This document shows, one piece after another, positions 29,620 to 41,900 of a DNA stretch of 64,000 nt. The stretch is from contig CM022665.1 of the NCBI GenBank assembly GCA_012295275.1, positions 42,780,001 through 42,844,000 of the forward strand, in the 5' to 3' direction. The notes below the pieces were generated by a model, which was not told the origin of the DNA, made no database searches, and saw only the letters and a program-made list of their open reading frames with translations. The first letter of the stretch is position 1, and the number at the start of each line of letters is the position of its first letter. Source of the stretch: Chrysomallon squamiferum (taxonomy: Eukaryota; Animalia; Mollusca). Position numbers and translations under genes: made by a program.

Positions 29620-29985
29620 GTGGCAATGACAGTAACAGTAAATTTTCCAGACATTTTAAAAGATTTAAAAGAACATTTATTTTGCTTCTTTGTGCTTGTA
29701 AATTAAAAAAATAATAATAATAATAATAATCATAATAATAATAATAATAAAAATCAGCAGTGCATCTATAAATATCTATGAATGGAAAACGCAAAAACCA
29801 AACCGACAATAACAGTAAATCTTTAAGACAGTTTCTAAAAATGTAAAATATATATATATATATATTTTTTATATATATGTATGTCTATTTTCAGACTTGC
29901 AAAAAAAAATAGTTAATTTTTATTTCAACAAGCACAAATCAAACATGACAGTAACCGTAAACTTTCATGACATATTTTGAAAACA

Positions 29986-30016
<31 letters not shown>

Positions 30017-30762
30017 TAGTTACAAATTAAAAAATAAATAAATAAATAAATAAAAATTCCAAAGCATGTTCAAATCTACCAAGTCAACAGCCACAAATCA
30101 AAACAACATGATAACAACCATAAACTTTAAAAATCTTGAAAAAAACAAACCCAAAAATGTTAAATTTACTTTGCATTTTAATATCTGCAAATTAAAAAAA
30201 AAAAAAATCTTTAAATCTATGAAGACAACAAACAAATCAAGCAACATGACAGTGACAGTAAATATTCCAGATATACTCTGAAAAAAAAATTAAAAGTTTA
30301 TTTAGCATTGAACAAAATAAAAATAAAAATAGCAGGGTATCTTTAAATCTATGAATTCAACAAAAAAAAAAATAACATCATCATAACAGTAAACTTTCCA
30401 GATATTTTTTTTCATCTAGTATGAAGTTGAAAAATAAATATGAAAAACCAAAATTCATATTTATTTTTCAACTTCATACTAGATGAAAAAAAAAAAATAA
30501 TAAAATAAAATAGCAGTGCTTCTTTTAATCTATGAAAACAGCAAGCATAAATATTCTGAAATTGTTTTTAAAATTTATTTTGAATCTTCATACTTGCTAA
30601 TTAAAAAAATCAACAGTGCATCTTTAAATCTATGGACATAGCAACCATAAATTTTCTGAAATTTTTTTTTTTTTAAATTTTATTTTCAATCTTCATACTT
30701 GCAAATTAAATAAAAATAATAGTACATCTTTAAACTGATGAACACAACGAGCACAAATTAAA
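29620..30762 (+). repeat. Old degenerate tandem array with units of roughly 110-190 bp
   Basis: Recurring atgacagtaacagtaaa.tttccaga, cttcatacttgcaaattaaa, cagtgcatctttaaatctatga and caacaagcacaaat. Confidence 0.8.
30405..30493. repeat. Perfect inverted repeat, 40-bp arms, 9-nt spacer
   Basis: T8CATCTAGTATGAAGTTGAAAAATAAATATGAA (30405-30444), spacer AAACCAAAA, then the exact reverse complement (30454-30493). Confidence 0.97.
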
Positions 30763-31437
30763 ATCTTGGGGTAGATTCATCAACTCAGCCTTGGCCCAAA
30801 CCTTCTGTTTGTGAATTCAGGTATAAGTCAACTTTGTTTTACCTGCCATGCCTGACACAGAGAGTGAGTGTCTGACACAGATCTCCTCGAACTGTCAGAG
30901 GTAATACTACCTCCTCTGTGTGGACATCTCTGTCTTTTTCTTCATGTACGTCTAAATATCAAATACTGCCAGTCAAACCTGCTCTTCACCTGTGTAGTCT
31001 TTTAACCTTTTGTGTTTAAAGCTGTGAGGTACAGTGATCTAATCCCCAGTGTCAATCAAACATGCTTTTTTGTGACTGGGATTTTTTTTTTAGCTCTCTC
31101 TCTCTCTCTTTTTCCTTTTTTTAATCTTTTAAATTTTATTATTATTATTATTATTTTTACTTTTTTTATTTGATTTTTAAAATTATTTATTTAATTTTCA
31201 GTGGCTGGTATGGTGTTATACCACTGCATTTAAGGTGTGTAGACCAAACCCTTAATGTTAATTAAACATGTTCTTTTAGTGGTGTATTATTTAAACAGTG
31301 TATTCAAACTTACTTTTTTATGATGTAATGTTTAACTTTTTAAAATTTATTTATTATTATTTTTATTTTTGATGTTGTTGTTGTTGCAGCTGTTTATATT
31401 GTTTTTTCTGTTTTTAATTTTTGAAAATTATTATTAT

Positions 31438-31484
<47 letters not shown>

Positions 31485-31564
31485 TTTGTTTTTTTTAAAT
31501 AGAAAACAAAATGTAAAAATTTAACTTGTATAATTACAGTCAATTACATTACACATAAACGTAC

Positions 31565-31585
31565 TTTGTTCCTTCAGATAATGCA
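31565..31585 (-). CDS. Candidate 21-nt phase 2-2 microexon, (S)ALSEGT(K)
   Basis: aatttccatttcag|TGCATTATCTGAAGGAACAAA|gtacgt. Frame-preserving between exon 2 and the bHLH exon, and next to a CpG-retaining patch. Confidence 0.28.
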
Positions 31586-31645
31586 CTGAAATGGAAATTT
31601 CACTGTGTTCTATCTGAGCATCTGGTATTAACCACAATCACTTGC

Positions 31646-31657
31646 ACTGACGTCAGT
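31646..31657. promoter_or_regulatory. Perfect CRE palindrome ACTGACGTCAGT in a CpG-retaining intronic patch
   Basis: TGACGTCA at 31648-31655 with palindromic flanks; about 10 CpG within 31560-32210. Confidence 0.4.
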
Positions 31658-32383
31658 ATACTAATGGAGTTCACTTTAATGATAGTTATTTTCAAGCTTG
31701 ATGTTAATATCAGGCTCAAAACAGATTTTATCACAAAACCAGAATGAGACATGACAAAATTAAAATATTCAGAAGAAACTTTCCACAATTTTCTATTAGC
31801 AGTAAGTGATTTTTTTTATTAGTACCCTCCCATGAACAGGACGTCAAGGGCTTTAATGTACCAGTTTTTGATAATGGTTGAGACTGGGAAAAAGGCCAAC
31901 AGTGGCCCATCATGGATCAACAGCCTTTGGTTGGCCAGTATGTTCAACTGGTCTGAGTATGTATGTCTCCAGCCCTTCGTCTCAGCAACACAGACAAACG
32001 TTTGGTCATACAGACAGGCTGTTGATAAGATCAGATGTCATATCCCTGTACCAGCCATTACGTTAACGGCTGAGGTTAATGACACTTCCTAAGCTGTAAC
32101 TGTAAGAACAGGTCTAAAGTAATGCCTTGAGCATTTGTGTAAATGAAATATTTCACAAATCCTTTCTTTAAAGTCAGAATATTCTCGACGTTTTGTTAAT
32201 CAATGTCACGGTGAAAATGTGTTAAGCCCTGGACATGTTTTTATCTTGATTAGTATGTAGCTGGATGAATTTATGTTGCAGTTTTGAGAAGATGATGATT
32301 ATTAGAGTAATTTTAGGGGAAAAAATATCATTCCTGAAGTAAAAAAATAAATGTATATAAAAATAAGAAAGGAAAAAGAATTA

Positions 32384-33053
32384 GAATGTTGGACAGACAG
32401 AAAGAAGAGGGATGGATTTTCAAGAAAACAGAGATGAGAATGTTCAGAAGAGTAATCAGCGTGGAAGGATCTGGGAATGAACTGTATAAAAGAGAAAGTC
32501 AGAGAGATGAGATCGTACTGTATGGACAGAATGGAAGTGAACTGTATAATAGAGAAAGTCAGAGAGATGAGATCGCACTGTATGGACAGAATGGAAGTGA
32601 ACTGTATAAAAGAGAAAGTCAGAGAGATGAGATCACACTGTATGGACAGAATGGAAGTGAATGGAGAAAGTCAGAGAGATGAGATCACACTGTATGGACA
32701 GAATGGAAGTGAACTGTATAAAAGAGAAAGTCAGAGAGATGAGATCACACTGTATGGACAGAATGGAAGTGAACTGTATAAAAGAGAAAGTCAGAGAGAT
32801 GAGATCACACTGTATGGACAGAATGGAAGAGAACAGTGAAATGGCAGTAACTGTTGATATGACAGTGCTGTTGGACCAGGTGCTGGCTGACCAAGAGGTA
32901 GACCAAGATGGAGACAGATGGATTACATCTGGGGGACATGCAGCATGTGTGAATCACCCAAAAGATGCCAAAGACATGAAACTGTGGAGATCAGAAATTT
33001 GGGGTGTTGAGTGGAAAGACTGAGGAAGATGAACAATAAAAAAAAAAAAAAAA
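32384..33053 (+). mobile_element. 5'-truncated, frameshifted RTE-clade LINE 3' end with A-rich tail
   Basis: Ordered fragments ECWT..., EMRMFR, IKEKVREMR, RMEENS, PRGRPRWRQMDYI, DAKDMKLWRSEI match the RTE ORF2 C-terminal pattern (EMRMLRW...IEEKMRERRLRW...RPRGRPKKRWMD...AQDRxxWR). AATAAA and poly(A) at ~33035-33053. Confidence 0.8.
32478..32829 (+). repeat. 60-bp minisatellite, 6 copies (4th internally deleted), inside the RTE relic
   Basis: Unit TGAACTGTATAAAAGAGAAAGTCAGAGAGATGAGATCACACTGTATGGACAGAATGGAAG. Confidence 0.95.
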
Positions 33054-35282
33054 TTTAGATTTTAAATTACCATGCACATACATATAAATAAAAAAAAAAA
33101 AAAAAAAAAATATACAGCAAATACAAAGTAAAAACACAAAAAAAAAGATGAAACATAAATGGCTCCATTATCATAATGAATATATTTTATGAATATCAAA
33201 GTTCAGATGTTTGTCTGCTGATATTATATGTCTATACATATATAATGATATCTTTAATGGCAGTAACTTACAAGAGCTAATGTTTTTGATTCATATATTA
33301 GTAATGTCAAATAAAGATTAAGTTCAGGTCCAGTGCTATCACTGGGACAACTAGAGAGCTGTCTATGTTGCAGACTTCAGAGGAATGCATTACAGTGTCA
33401 AAGTTTTATACAAATTATTGTTTTGAGAAAAGATTCATAACAAAATGAAACTGAACCAGTAACAGTTAAAATAATTTATACACAGTTAATAACTGTTTTA
33501 CTGCTTTCAGCACTACCAGTACTGTTAAGCCTAAATCAATGCACATCAAAATGATCTCATATAAAAATTGAAGGTGAACATTTGGGAGGGGTGTCTGCAA
33601 GCCTAAGGTGCAAAAATAGTCTGGCACCAGCCCTGGTTCCACTATTAACCATTAACAGCATCAGTTACGCGAGTGCATAAAAATAGAAAAATAAACTAAG
33701 CAGACAACTCCCTGCTGATGTAAACTGCATCCCATTGAGAAAGGCTTAAACAGTGGCTGTTACCTTGGAAAGGAAACATCAATACCAATATATCTCCATT
33801 ACAGAACTTCTTACGTAACGGCAACCTACATTTTCTTCTTCTTTTTTTTTTTTTTTTGTTGTTTTATTTTTGCTTAAAAGCCAGTTAGCCTGGTCGATAG
33901 GAAACAGAAAGGAAAACAGCAATTACTGTCATTCAGAGCTCTAAGAGCCGGTATTAAGCTGTAAGAGTATTAACACCATGGTTGGTCTTGTTACATAACT
34001 GTCTAGCACTGCTATAAATATATATATGTGCAAACAGCATGATTAGGACTGAAAAAGGCTCTGCTGATAAACTGTCCAAGCTTGTTTTGGTCTACTACTG
34101 ATGTTGTGACTGTTCTCAATACACAGCTGTGTGTGGTTTTCTTTGCATGTAACGGAGGACAGAGAGAGTAAAGTGAATAAACAAACACAAATGTTATCAA
34201 AGCATGTTAATAAATTCATAGATAACAATGACGATGATGACGATAAATAAATAAATAAATAAATAAAAAAAATTAAACAAACAAACATCTGTTAAATATA
34301 TTTAAATTTTGTTTTTTAATAAAAAAAAAGTGAAAAGATTTTTCAGTAAAGATTTTGAGAAACCTTTGTTGAAATAATAACTATTAAAAGGTTGTTTTTT
34401 TCTGTTGTCTTTTTTTTTTTTGTTGTTGTAAAACTTAGCATGTTTTCTTCCATTGATATCAGAATCTAATGTGTGAAAAACAACACATTACTCACCCAAC
34501 AGTAGATATAACATTAAAATAAATATTACATGTAATAGCTTTTCTTATCTTGTAGCTGATAAGGAATATTAATTCAACAAAATAACAAATTATAAAGATT
34601 TAAAATGTGACAGTTGATATTTTTTCTCAATATTTTAAATGATTTTTATATGACAGTCGATATTTTTTCTTTAAATAAATTAAAAGACTTTCATATGAAA
34701 TTAGATTTTTTAATTAAAAATTAACAGTTTTTCTGTTTGTCAAAGTAATTCAAAGAGTGACTTTTTACTCATCAAACTGTTTTAAATGTGATCTTTCACT
34801 GCTTTGGCATTTTTTTTTTTTGTTCTCTTCTCAGAAACTAAGGACCATTTTTTTTTTTTTGTCTACTTTTGAACAGGCTTCATGCTTCATAAAATTACAT
34901 AATGTGTTCTTCTGAAACAAGGATAAAGTGTTCTTCTGAACATAACTTCTTTTTTCATGGGTTTACTAAGTTCACACATCTGCACACTTGTTTACAGAAG
35001 GTTCAACAAGAACAGAATTATTTATAAAAAAAATAATAATGATGAAAAACAAACTAATAAAATAAAATAAAATTTACTAAAATACTAAAAATATAATACA
35101 AATATGTGTGTATCAGTCTATCTATCTATCTATGTATATAAATTTTACAAACAAAACTAATCATGCCAGTATGTTGTGACATGAGGTAGCATAACAAAGT
35201 ATTGTAACATTCATAATAACGTATATTTTTAACATGAAATAATAACAAAAATAAATGGAGGAAAAAATAAAAATTGTTTTAC

Positions 35283-35345
35283 CTTGACATTTTCTCTTTT
35301 GCGACAGCTTTCTCTTCTTTGTCATGGTCAGATTTTGTGCGGGAC
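35283..35345 (-). CDS. 63-nt symmetric (phase 2-2) coding exon of the bHLH-PAS gene, (K)SRTKSDHDKEEKAVAKEKMS(R)
   Basis: Acceptor tgtttgtcattgcag|G, donor TCAAG|gtaaaa. Purine-rich, and open in the frame that joins exon 1 (AA|G) to the bHLH exon (AG|G). Confidence 0.7.
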
Positions 35346-37191
35346 CTGCAATGACAAACAACAATAATTACTTATCATTTCTGACACGTGCAGTACAATG
35401 AATATCACACGCAGAACAATAACATACTGCCTCATGTTATCAGAAGAAAACTGTAAATGACTTTACCAAATGGCAAGGAATGATAGATGTACTAACACCA
35501 AGTCTGGATAATGCAGCTGCAGTAAATGGCCAAGTGAGGTGTGTTTTTTAAAAAAAAATATTATTTATGTTTTTATTTATTACTATTATTATTTTTGTTT
35601 ATTTTCTTTTTTTTATTTTTTTTTCTAATATTTTTCCCTGAAATCTGATACATTAATATAAAGGATATAAAATAACAAGAGCAATAACATAAAATGGAAA
35701 TAAATACTAAACCAATTTAAATAAATAATAATAGAAGAAAACTTAAAAACCATGCCATTAGTAAACAAAAAAAAAAAATTAAATTATAAATTAAACTTAA
35801 AACTCCTTTAAAAATCATTGTAATCCAATGAAAACATGATGTTCAGCATTATTTATTATCAAAAATGAAAAAAAAAAATTATAAAAAAAAATTTAATAAA
35901 ATAAATAAAAAGTACCTTTGAACGATTTCAATGACTTCCATAACTTAAACACAAGGCAAAACCACAGTTTTAACCTCCAACACTGAAACACTAACATTCA
36001 CATCACAAACCACATACAGAATATCCAACCAAAATGGAATTAGCCTGTATCCCATGGCAAAAAATAACCCACACAACTATTGCATAATATTGCTTAGGAG
36101 ACAACTGAATCAAAAAAAATTCAAAAAAAAAAAAATAGATAGACGTAAAAATATCTAATAAGCTGCCAATCACTTTGTTACAATGACCGATAACAATGGT
36201 TTGAGTGATAATACTGTCCAGATTAAACTGTGCTTTTGCATCACTTATCTGCACAGTTATATATTTTGAAACAAGCAGAAGTAAGCAAAAATGAGTAAAT
36301 ACGGTATTCGAGTTTAAAACAAAACAAAAACCAACAAACAAATAAATAAATAAATAAATAAAAATTAAAGATATGTTTATCTGTTAATACAGAATGATGC
36401 TGGAAGTAATTTTAATTTTTTTTTTTTTAATTATTATCACTGGTTAATTTTCAAAATGTGACAAATTACAGTCAAACACTAATTTGAATATTAAAATATA
36501 AATAAATAAAATATGGAATTTATAAATGAGAAGCAAACTGTTCTTATAAATATAGTGTAATAACATATTAATGTATGCACCATCAGCAACAGTTTGATTT
36601 TAATGATCATTCATAATAAAATTTTTTTAAATAATTTAAAAAAAAAAAACAACATAAAAAGGGAACAGTATTTCTTCAAATTCTAAACAAAATCTTCATT
36701 AAAATTAACCTTTTTCAACTTTATACTACAGAATTATCATTAAAACACAGCTTTAATATGCCTTAACAAATTAAAACCATCGTCGTTAAATTTAAGCCTG
36801 CTCTGATTTTAACATTTACGATTGTAAGATCATTAAAACAGACTTTTAAAATATCTTCTAAATAATGATACCATTAAGAATGACTCTAGGTTTAACATTT
36901 ATGACCACCCTAAAAGAAGAAACAGATGCAGAAAAGATTTCTTGTATTCCATTTTGCATTCTTCAAACGAATGAGTAAGAAGGTGGTTTTTTCTCCATTC
37001 TACAGTTTCTTACAAATCTATAATTTTATTTGTAACTCACTAATTCTGGGATTAAACACAAAAGACTTAAAAGAACTGTCTCCAGACATGAAAGAAGCAA
37101 TATTTATTTATTTATTTTTATTTTTTTATTTTTTTATTTTTTTTTATTTTTTTTTTTATATTTTTTTTTAAACAATTTTAAGTGTAACAAA

Positions 37192-37752
37192 TGTAAGGGT
37201 TATGTATGTAAATATACATTTATCATGAATCTTTTTTTTTTAATTTCTTTTTTTTTTCTTCTTTTTTTTAACTTCTTTTAGAACAAAAAGCAAGTATTAA
37301 TTTGAAAACTACTTTTGTAACAAAATCAAGCATTAATTTGATCAGAAAACACATCTGAAATCTGTAACATTTTTAAAATTTATTTTATATTAACCGTTAT
37401 TAATTATAAAACCCTTTTAATATATCCACTATGAGGTTAGAACAGGAAACAAACTGGTGGGTTCAGGGTATTGTAAGGGTTATGTATGTAAATATACATT
37501 TATCATGAATCTTTTTTTTTTAATTTCTTTTTTTTTTCTTTTTTTTTTTAACTTCTTTTAGAACAAAAAGCAAGTATTAATTTGAAAACTACTTTTTGTA
37601 ACAAAATCAAGCATTAATTTGATCAGAAAACACATCTGAAATCTGTAACATTTTTAAAATTTATTTTATATTAACCGTTATTAATTATAAAACCCTTTTA
37701 ATATATCCACTATGAGGTTAGAACAGGAAACAACTTGGTGGGTTCAGGGTAT
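37192..37752 (+). repeat. Near-identical 280-bp tandem duplication
   Basis: 37192-37471 repeated at 37472-37752 with only a few differences, mostly in homopolymers. Confidence 0.96.
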
Positions 37753-38521
37753 TGAACTCATGACATATTACCCCAGGCCTGTGTCTTAGCCACTCTGTTT
37801 GTTAAAATATTAAAACTGGCATGTATACGTAAGTACATGAAATCACAGCATTATTAGTGTATTATTTTCTGCACTCTCTGACATCAGAAAATGCTGTGAG
37901 CAATCATTATCCCAAACATGTGGAAGATATTTACATGAGGTCACAGACTTAGCTATGATATGCATGTATGTATTCATGGTTAAAGCAATCTGATGATGCA
38001 AATGACTGGATCATCTGTGACAAAGTTTAAAGGAAAGGAAGAAGAATATGATGGATGGAAAGAATGACAGAATCTTCTGAACATTAATTCATGGAAAATA
38101 AAAAGAGAAGTGCAAGCAGATTTTTATATGACCAAAATTTAATCTTTCCCTGGATTTTCATCCACTTTTAACCACTTCATAATGCCACAGTATATTATAT
38201 ATATATATATGCACAATTTAATACAACTAATATTTTTTTGAAAAAAATGTCATACTCAATTTAAAATCTATATATTAAAAAAAATATATCATTTAACAAA
38301 ATAATAATTATTATTATTAATATATTTTTTTTTTTTTTTTTTTGGGTGAATGCAATTAATTTAGCAGACATTAAGCTGCTTGAAAAAAACATTTAAACAC
38401 CAAAAAAAAATGTTAAAAAAGGAAAAGAAAAGAAAAAATAGCAATCTCAAATGACATATAACTTTACAAGACCACACGTATTTTGTCTCGTTGTGTTAAG
38501 CAATGAATTACAACGTGGGTG

Positions 38522-38938
38522 ACATCAGAAAAGCAAACACATCTACACCACACAGAGCAAGGATCTGAAAAGCAAACACATCTACACCATACAGAGCAAG
38601 GATCTGGCAAACACATCAAGGAAAAGCAAACACATCTACACCACACAGAGCAAGGATCTGAAAAGCAAACACATCTACACCATACAGAGCAAGGATCAGA
38701 AAAGCAAACACATCTACACCACACAGAGCAAGGATCTGAAAAGCAAACACATCTACACCATACAGAGCAAGGATCAGAAAAGCAAACACATCTACACCAC
38801 ACAGAGCATGGATCTGAAAAGCAAACACATCTACACCATACAGAGCATGGATCAGAAAAGCAAACACATCTACACCACACAGAGCATGGATCTGAAAAGC
38901 AAACACATCTACACCATACAGAGCAAGGATCTGAAAAC
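38522..38938 (+). repeat. 39-bp minisatellite, ~10 copies, with a 78-bp higher-order dimer
   Basis: Unit GAAAAGCAAACACATCTACACCA(C/T)ACAGAGCA(A/T)GGATC(T/A); the C/T variant alternates in every copy. Confidence 0.96.
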
Positions 38939-41900
38939 AAAATTCTGTTATTAACCCAAAAATCAAGATCCTCTGACGGAACCATTTTAAAGTAAGACAG
39001 AGAAAACATGACATTTAAGGATATGAAAATCAATTGTAATGTTCATAATCTTGATTCAGACCAATTCAGTGTGCCAGGAAGAAAATCCTATATATGGATT
39101 AGTTGCATTGATCTGTATGTAATAATTAACCGTGTGATTTGTCTTAAAGTGCATTTACTTCTAAGCAAAATAATGTCTGCAAATATCCAAACAATTGCAG
39201 ACATATTTTGTAAATTTGATTTTGTGAAATATTTTAGAAATTTCCAACAAATATAACATATAAAACAACTTTTTTTCTTCTTATTTTTTTTCTTTTTTCT
39301 TTTTAATACTTTGCTCAAAGAAATGAAATGCTGAATGTCAAACTTACAGTTCTGATCAATGACCCATATCGTTTACTAAAGAATTTCTTATGGTATTTTC
39401 TTCGTAATCTGATAACAAAAATAGTCAAATAACTTCAAGTTTTCTGTTAGGATAAAGTCCAATAAACTATTCTAAATGATGACTATTTATTTATTTATTT
39501 ATTTACACATAAACAAACACAAATCTGAGATCTTATCTAATCACGTTTACCAATAGTACATCATTAAGCTGCTACTCAGCAAAAACAGATAAACATTCTA
39601 AGGTCACTGAATACGGAACAGAGTAAATGTATAATTAAATTAATAAAATAAATAAATAACAACATCTAATGAAAATATCAGAAAAAAAACAACTGCTTTC
39701 ATTCTGGGCAACTCTTACTAATCAATTAAAAGTACTTCTTTTATCTGAATAGGCGTGCATTAATAAACCTTGCAAATTAGAAAAATTTCCCATGAATATT
39801 ATGCTTGAAACGTTGTATAATAAGGTCCATACATTTTTTTTTTTTTTTTAAATATTTTTTTAATAAGTATTTTTTTTTTTGCACTTTAATAACCAAAATA
39901 TTTTAATTTTTAAATTATTCCAGAAGTGATATGAAAATATTTCTCATGTTCGTGATCACATTCACAATTACCGCATTTGGTTTAATGAAAGAACGCTTGT
40001 GTTCAGGGATCCAGTTCATTTCCAGTTCAGGTTATCAGTATCTGCATAATACTCTTTTACACAAATCCTTATCTTGTAATTAAGACATCCGTCAGTCAGA
40101 TAATCTGTCAGAAATTAGATAAATGCATACAAGAACATCATGTTTGTTTAAGTGGAAAGACTGATAACAACAAGTCACCAGGATACAGAGCTTAAGTCAA
40201 TAATTTTAACACTTGGAGGGACCGGGATCAATTTCCAACACAGATTTGCATCCAAAGGTAATTTGGTAATTAACAACAGTTAGGATTTCAACTGGTGTAA
40301 ATCTCGAACATAGTGTCCAGGACCTACAACCCAGACAAGTAAATTGTATACATAAGACCAACATGTTTGAATCGTCAGTATATATATATATTTTTTTATA
40401 TATATTCAATAGCTGAATGATCAAAATCAATATTTTGTAATTAAGGCAAATCTACGAATCTTTTCAAAATCAGATAAACACACATGTAAGAACCTCGAGA
40501 TAGTTTTTTAGTGGAAGGAAATCATTGGTAACGGTTGAATGCACAACTTGTATCAAATGAGATTACTTTCTAGTCAATACGCATGTCATAAAACCGTGAA
40601 TGTTTCTACACTTGTGATATGTGGAAAATCTTGCTCATCTCAGGCTTACCAAGTAGATATAAACCTAACAGTTCTGAATCTTGCAACAAAAAGATAATGT
40701 TAGGACTGACTCAAAATTCACACTTAGAAGCCTGTCTTAATTTATGAAGTGTTTGTAGTGTCATTTCTTGTCAGAGACCCCTTTGTGTAAGACATTTCCC
40801 ACTCTTAACAAGAACTATGATGTGCATTTTCCCTTATGTATGAGAAGGTGGATTAAAATATCCTTCCAGCTAACTGAAAGAAACAATCAACATCATTGTT
40901 ACAATAAAATAAAAACTATTAATGATAAAGGGTTGAGATGCTACTGAATATTGGCAAAAAACTGTCTACGTATGCATATTCTGTATCAAAGAATTTTGCT
41001 GACTGCTGAAGAATTATTGGTGGGATTTATGATGCAATAGAGCTTGATTATAACAGAATTTTAAAAATAAAAATTTTTAAATGAAAACTGAGACTCAATA
41101 GTTCGTTCCTGCTGGTTTCTATATTTGCATCCACTTAGTAACATGTTTATGAAGTTACAGTCATTGATCTGTATATTGCAACAATAAACAAAATGAAATC
41201 AATTGCCACATAACACAGTTCTTGTAGTTATATGAATTAAAATTATTTCATTACTTTTTTGTTCAGAATTATTTTCTTCTGTTACACTGTTACATAAATG
41301 ACCATGTGAATTTATTTTCAAGAAAATTGCAATTCTTTCCATTTAATTTAAATCTGCTCTTCAATAAATCAAAAATCCATTGTTTTATACATGAATTATG
41401 CTAAATCAGAAATACTTTTTCTTCTTTTTTTTTTGTAAAGTATATCATTAAATACGTTTCAACATTTAGTTTTCCTTTACATCTTAAAAAAAAGCACCTA
41501 ATACATTTTATACTGCTGAACACAGAAAATGATAGCAACTGCTCAATAAAACGTCTATTGTGTAAATGTCAAACAGCTCTAAATAATACTTACATTTCAC
41601 ATTGATATTGTAACCACATTTTGATTCTTTTTTCTTTTTTTTTATGAATCAAACTGTAACCGTACTCCAGTGAAGTTGTAAAAAAAAAAAAAAAATTGTC
41701 AAACTATCTCGATATCCGAATAAAGTTGTCAAAGGATATTCAAAGACTGGACAATAGTAAATCCTGAACCATCCAAAGAAAGAACACAGGAGTTATCTGA
41801 ATCTAAAAGTGGAGTTTATTACCATAATAAACAAACTGCAGCATACATAATGTGTCAAGCAGAGTGCATGAGATCTTTAACTTGGTGTGAAGTTGTAACA

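Noticed and set aside
32386-33023. Three long overlapping ORFs
   Set aside because: Decayed RTE LINE plus a 60-bp tandem amplification; not a host gene.
35161-35364. ORF-track frame MTKKRKLSQKRKCQG as the true N-terminus
   Set aside because: It exits in phase 1 while the bHLH exon needs phase 2, and hits a stop two codons after splicing. Kept only as a possible uORF.
37745-37797. tRNA gene (reverse A/B-box-like sequence)
   Set aside because: No cloverleaf; more likely a decayed SINE head.
38464-39033. Cys-rich (FSDPCSVWCRCVC)n and His-rich (SEKQTHLHHTEQG)n ORFs suggesting metal-binding proteins
   Set aside because: They arise from a 39-bp stop-free tandem unit open on both strands; no unique coding flanks or start context.
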